A stretch of DNA of 64,000 bases. It comes from Eledone cirrhosa (lineage: Eukaryota). The DNA lies in NCBI GenBank assembly GCA_964016885.1, contig OZ024751.1:42780001-42844000 (forward strand), given 5' to 3'. The position numbers and the translations under genes were made by a program. Shown here piece after piece: positions 60,975 to 64,000 of this stretch (position 1 is its first letter; the number at the start of each line of letters is the position of its first letter). The notes beneath the pieces were generated by a model that saw only the letters and a list, made by a program, of their open reading frames with translations, was not told the origin of the DNA and did no database searches.

Positions 60975-61640
60975 TGTGTATAAGATAATATCATAGTATA
61001 TGTGCGATGCGTGATGAGTGTGTATGTGTATATGTGTATATGTGTATATGTGTATATGTGTATAAATCCGTGTGTATTTATGCGATAATAAGATAATATG
61101 TATATGTGTGATGCGCGTGTATGTGTCTATGTGTATATGTGTGTATGTGTATATGTGTATATGTGTATAAATCCATGTGTATTTATGCGATAATAAGATA
61201 ATATCATAGTATCTGTGCGATGCGTGATGCGTGTGTATGTGTATATGTGTATATGCGTATATGTGTATGTGTATATGTGTATATGTGTATACGTGTATAT
61301 GTGTATATGTGTATAAGTCCATGTGTATTTATGCAATAATAAGCTAATATCATAGTATATGTGCGATGCGTGATGCGTGTGTATGTGTATATGTGTATAT
61401 GTGTATCTGTGTATATGTGTATATGTGTATATGTGTATATGTGTATATGTGTATAAGTCCATGTGTATTTATGCGATAAGATAATATCATAGTATCTGTG
61501 CGATGCGTGATGCGTGTGTATGTGTATATGTGTATATGTGTATATGTGTATATGTGTATATGTGTATATGTGTATATATGTATAAGTCCATGTGTATTTA
61601 TGCGATAAGATAATATCCTAGTATCTGTGCGATGCGTGAG
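60975..61640. repeat. compound minisatellite of about 105-145 bp (fixed core plus variable (TATATGTG)n), about 5.5 copies
   Basis: Core ATAAGTCCATGTGTATTTATGCGATAAGATAATATCATAGTATCTGTGCGATGCGTGA. Confidence 0.9.
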
Positions 61641-62072
61641 TTAAGTGCAAGGGGCTGAGTTATCATCGTAAATAATCTCTTTCAACTTTAATCCTGAACT
61701 AACGACTGTAAAAATAGCTTCCGTTTAAACACTAAAACCGACAATTGAAGCTCTCAAGTGAACACGAAACGACTACACAACCTCCAACACCACCACCTCT
61801 ATATCTTCCATTCCTTCCAACACCTCCTCACCTCCACACCATACTACACCCCCCCCTCTCTCTCTCTCTCTCTTTCAAAGCCATCTTCTTTTCTTCATTG
61901 TTCATGTTGCTGTTGCTGCTGTTACTATTGGTATAGTTTTTGTTGTTGTTATTGTTGCTGCTGTTGCTGTTGTTGTTACTATTGATATAGTTGTTGTTGC
62001 TATTGTTGTTGCTGTTGTTGTTGTTGTTGCTGTTACTATTGGTATAGATTTTGTTGTTGTTATTGTTGCTAC

Positions 62073-62103
<31 letters not shown>

Positions 62104-62158
62104 CTTCTTCTTCTTTCTTCTTCTTCTTCTTCTTCTTCTTCTTCTTCTTCTTCTTCTT

Positions 62159-62189
<31 letters not shown>

Positions 62190-62454
62190 TGGATTATAGT
62201 CTATCTCATATTTTTCTATCAAACTCGGGGGGAGGATCAATTTCTGTATCGAAATTGCAAATATTGATCACCCCCACCACCTACCACCCCCACCCCACCA
62301 CCACCACCACCATCACCACCACCACCACCACCACCACCACTATCACCACCACCACCACCAAGTCTATCTCAAAACATCGAGGATCCCACTCTGGTTCCTA
62401 TATTTCCTACGAAGGTATTTTATCGTCTTCTTTCTTATTCACGTTTGTTGTCCG

Positions 62455-62990
62455 TCATTACTATCCACCATTACTAACCGCCATTACTAACCGCCATTAC
62501 TATCCGTCATTACTATCCACCATTACTAACCGCCATTACTATCCACCATTACTATCCGCCATTACTATCCACCATTACTAACCGCCATTACTAACCGCCA
62601 TTACTATCCGTCATTACTATCCACCTTTACTAAACGCCATTACTATCCGCCATTACTATCCACCATTACTAACCGCCATTACTAACCGCCATTACTATCC
62701 GCCATTACTAACCGCCATTACTAACCGCCATTACTAACCGCCATTACTATCCGCCATTACTATCCACCATTACTATCCACCATTACTAACTGCCACTACT
62801 ATCCGCCATTACTATCCGCCATTACTATCCGCCATTACTATCCACCATTACTAAACGCCATTACTAACCGCCATTACTATCCGCCATTACTAACCGCCAT
62901 TACTATCCGCCATTACTATCCACCATTACTAACCGCCATTACTATCCACCATTACTATCCGCCATTACTATCCGCCATTACTAACCGCCA
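62455..62990. repeat. 13-bp minisatellite CCATTACTA(A/T)CC(G/A)
   Basis: About 40 tandem units. Confidence 0.95.
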
Positions 62991-63040
62991 TCATTGTCTT
63001 CGTTATAGTGATTCGGTGTTTTCTTTGAATATATTCCACA

Positions 63041-63155
<115 letters not shown>

Positions 63156-63369
63156 TCTTTGTCTCTCTCTTTCTCTCTCTTTAACTATCTCTCTCTCTCT
63201 CGCACTCTGTCTCCCACTCTTTGTCACTATTTCTCTCTCTCTCTATCTCTAACACTCTCTCCCACTCACTATTTCTCTCTCACTCTCTCTCTCTAACTGT
63301 CTCACATTCACTCTAACTCTCTCTCATAGACACACACACAAACATAAACACAATCCTACGCACACCAAT

Positions 63370-64000
63370 GCACACTCACAAACACACTCACAAACACACT
63401 CACAAACACACTCACAAACACTCACATACTCACTCACAAACACACTCACAAACATACTCACAAACACACTCACAAACACACACCAACACAGTCACATACA
63501 CACACCAACACAGCCACATACACACTGACAAACAGCCACATACACACTGACAAACAGCCACATACACACTGACAAACAGCCACATACACACACCAACACA
63601 GCCAAATACACACACCAACACAGCCAAATACACACACCAACACAGCCAAATAAAACACTGGACAAACAGCCACATACACACTGACAAACAGCCACATACA
63701 CACACCAACACAGCCAAATACACACACCCAACACAGCCAAATACACACACCAACACAGCCAAATAAAACACTGACAAACAGCCACATACACACTGACAAA
63801 CAGTCACATACACACACCAACACAGCCACATACACACACCAACACAGCCACATACACACTGACAAACAGTCACATACACACACCAACACAGCCAAATACA
63901 CACACCAACACAGCCAAATACACACACCAACACAGCCAAATAAAACACTGACAAACAGCCAAATACACACACCAACACAGCCAAATACACACACCAACAC
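63370..64000. repeat. CA-rich 12-bp then 22-bp minisatellites (CAGCCACATACACACTGACAAA / CAGCCAAATACACACACCAACA)
   Basis: Direct inspection; runs off the window end. Confidence 0.92.

Overview
AT-rich, microsatellite-dominated eukaryotic DNA. The (TA)n/(CA)n/(GA)n/(TATC)n density and the SINE types suggest a cephalopod, probably Octopus; this is inference. Almost all long ORFs in the supplied track are translations of simple repeats, and no intact protein-coding gene is visible. Recognisable content: (1) a degraded Bcl-2-family pseudogene at 1-1365 (+); (2) about 15 copies of a tRNA-headed SINE with a Meta/MESC-like core, plus a second CORE/V-type SINE group; (3) 5'-truncated copies of a Tx1/L1-like LINE that all end in (TATC)n; (4) relics of mariner, hATm and RTE elements; (5) an assembly gap at 34367-34565. 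The main signal is about 20 minimal type-I hammerhead ribozyme (HHR) motifs (stem I-CUGAnGA-stem II-GAAA-short, often palindromic stem III-NUH-stem I, often followed by AATAAA). They belong to about 10 short, ORF-less element families with no obvious mutual similarity outside the HHR core. These elements sit in or next to (TA)n tracts, and most have a 'fold-back arm + body + unique tail' layout. They look like non-autonomous Penelope-like (PLE) or retrozyme-type elements with microsatellite targeting and per-insertion hairpin formation. All motifs and alignments were read by eye, with no database search or folding software.
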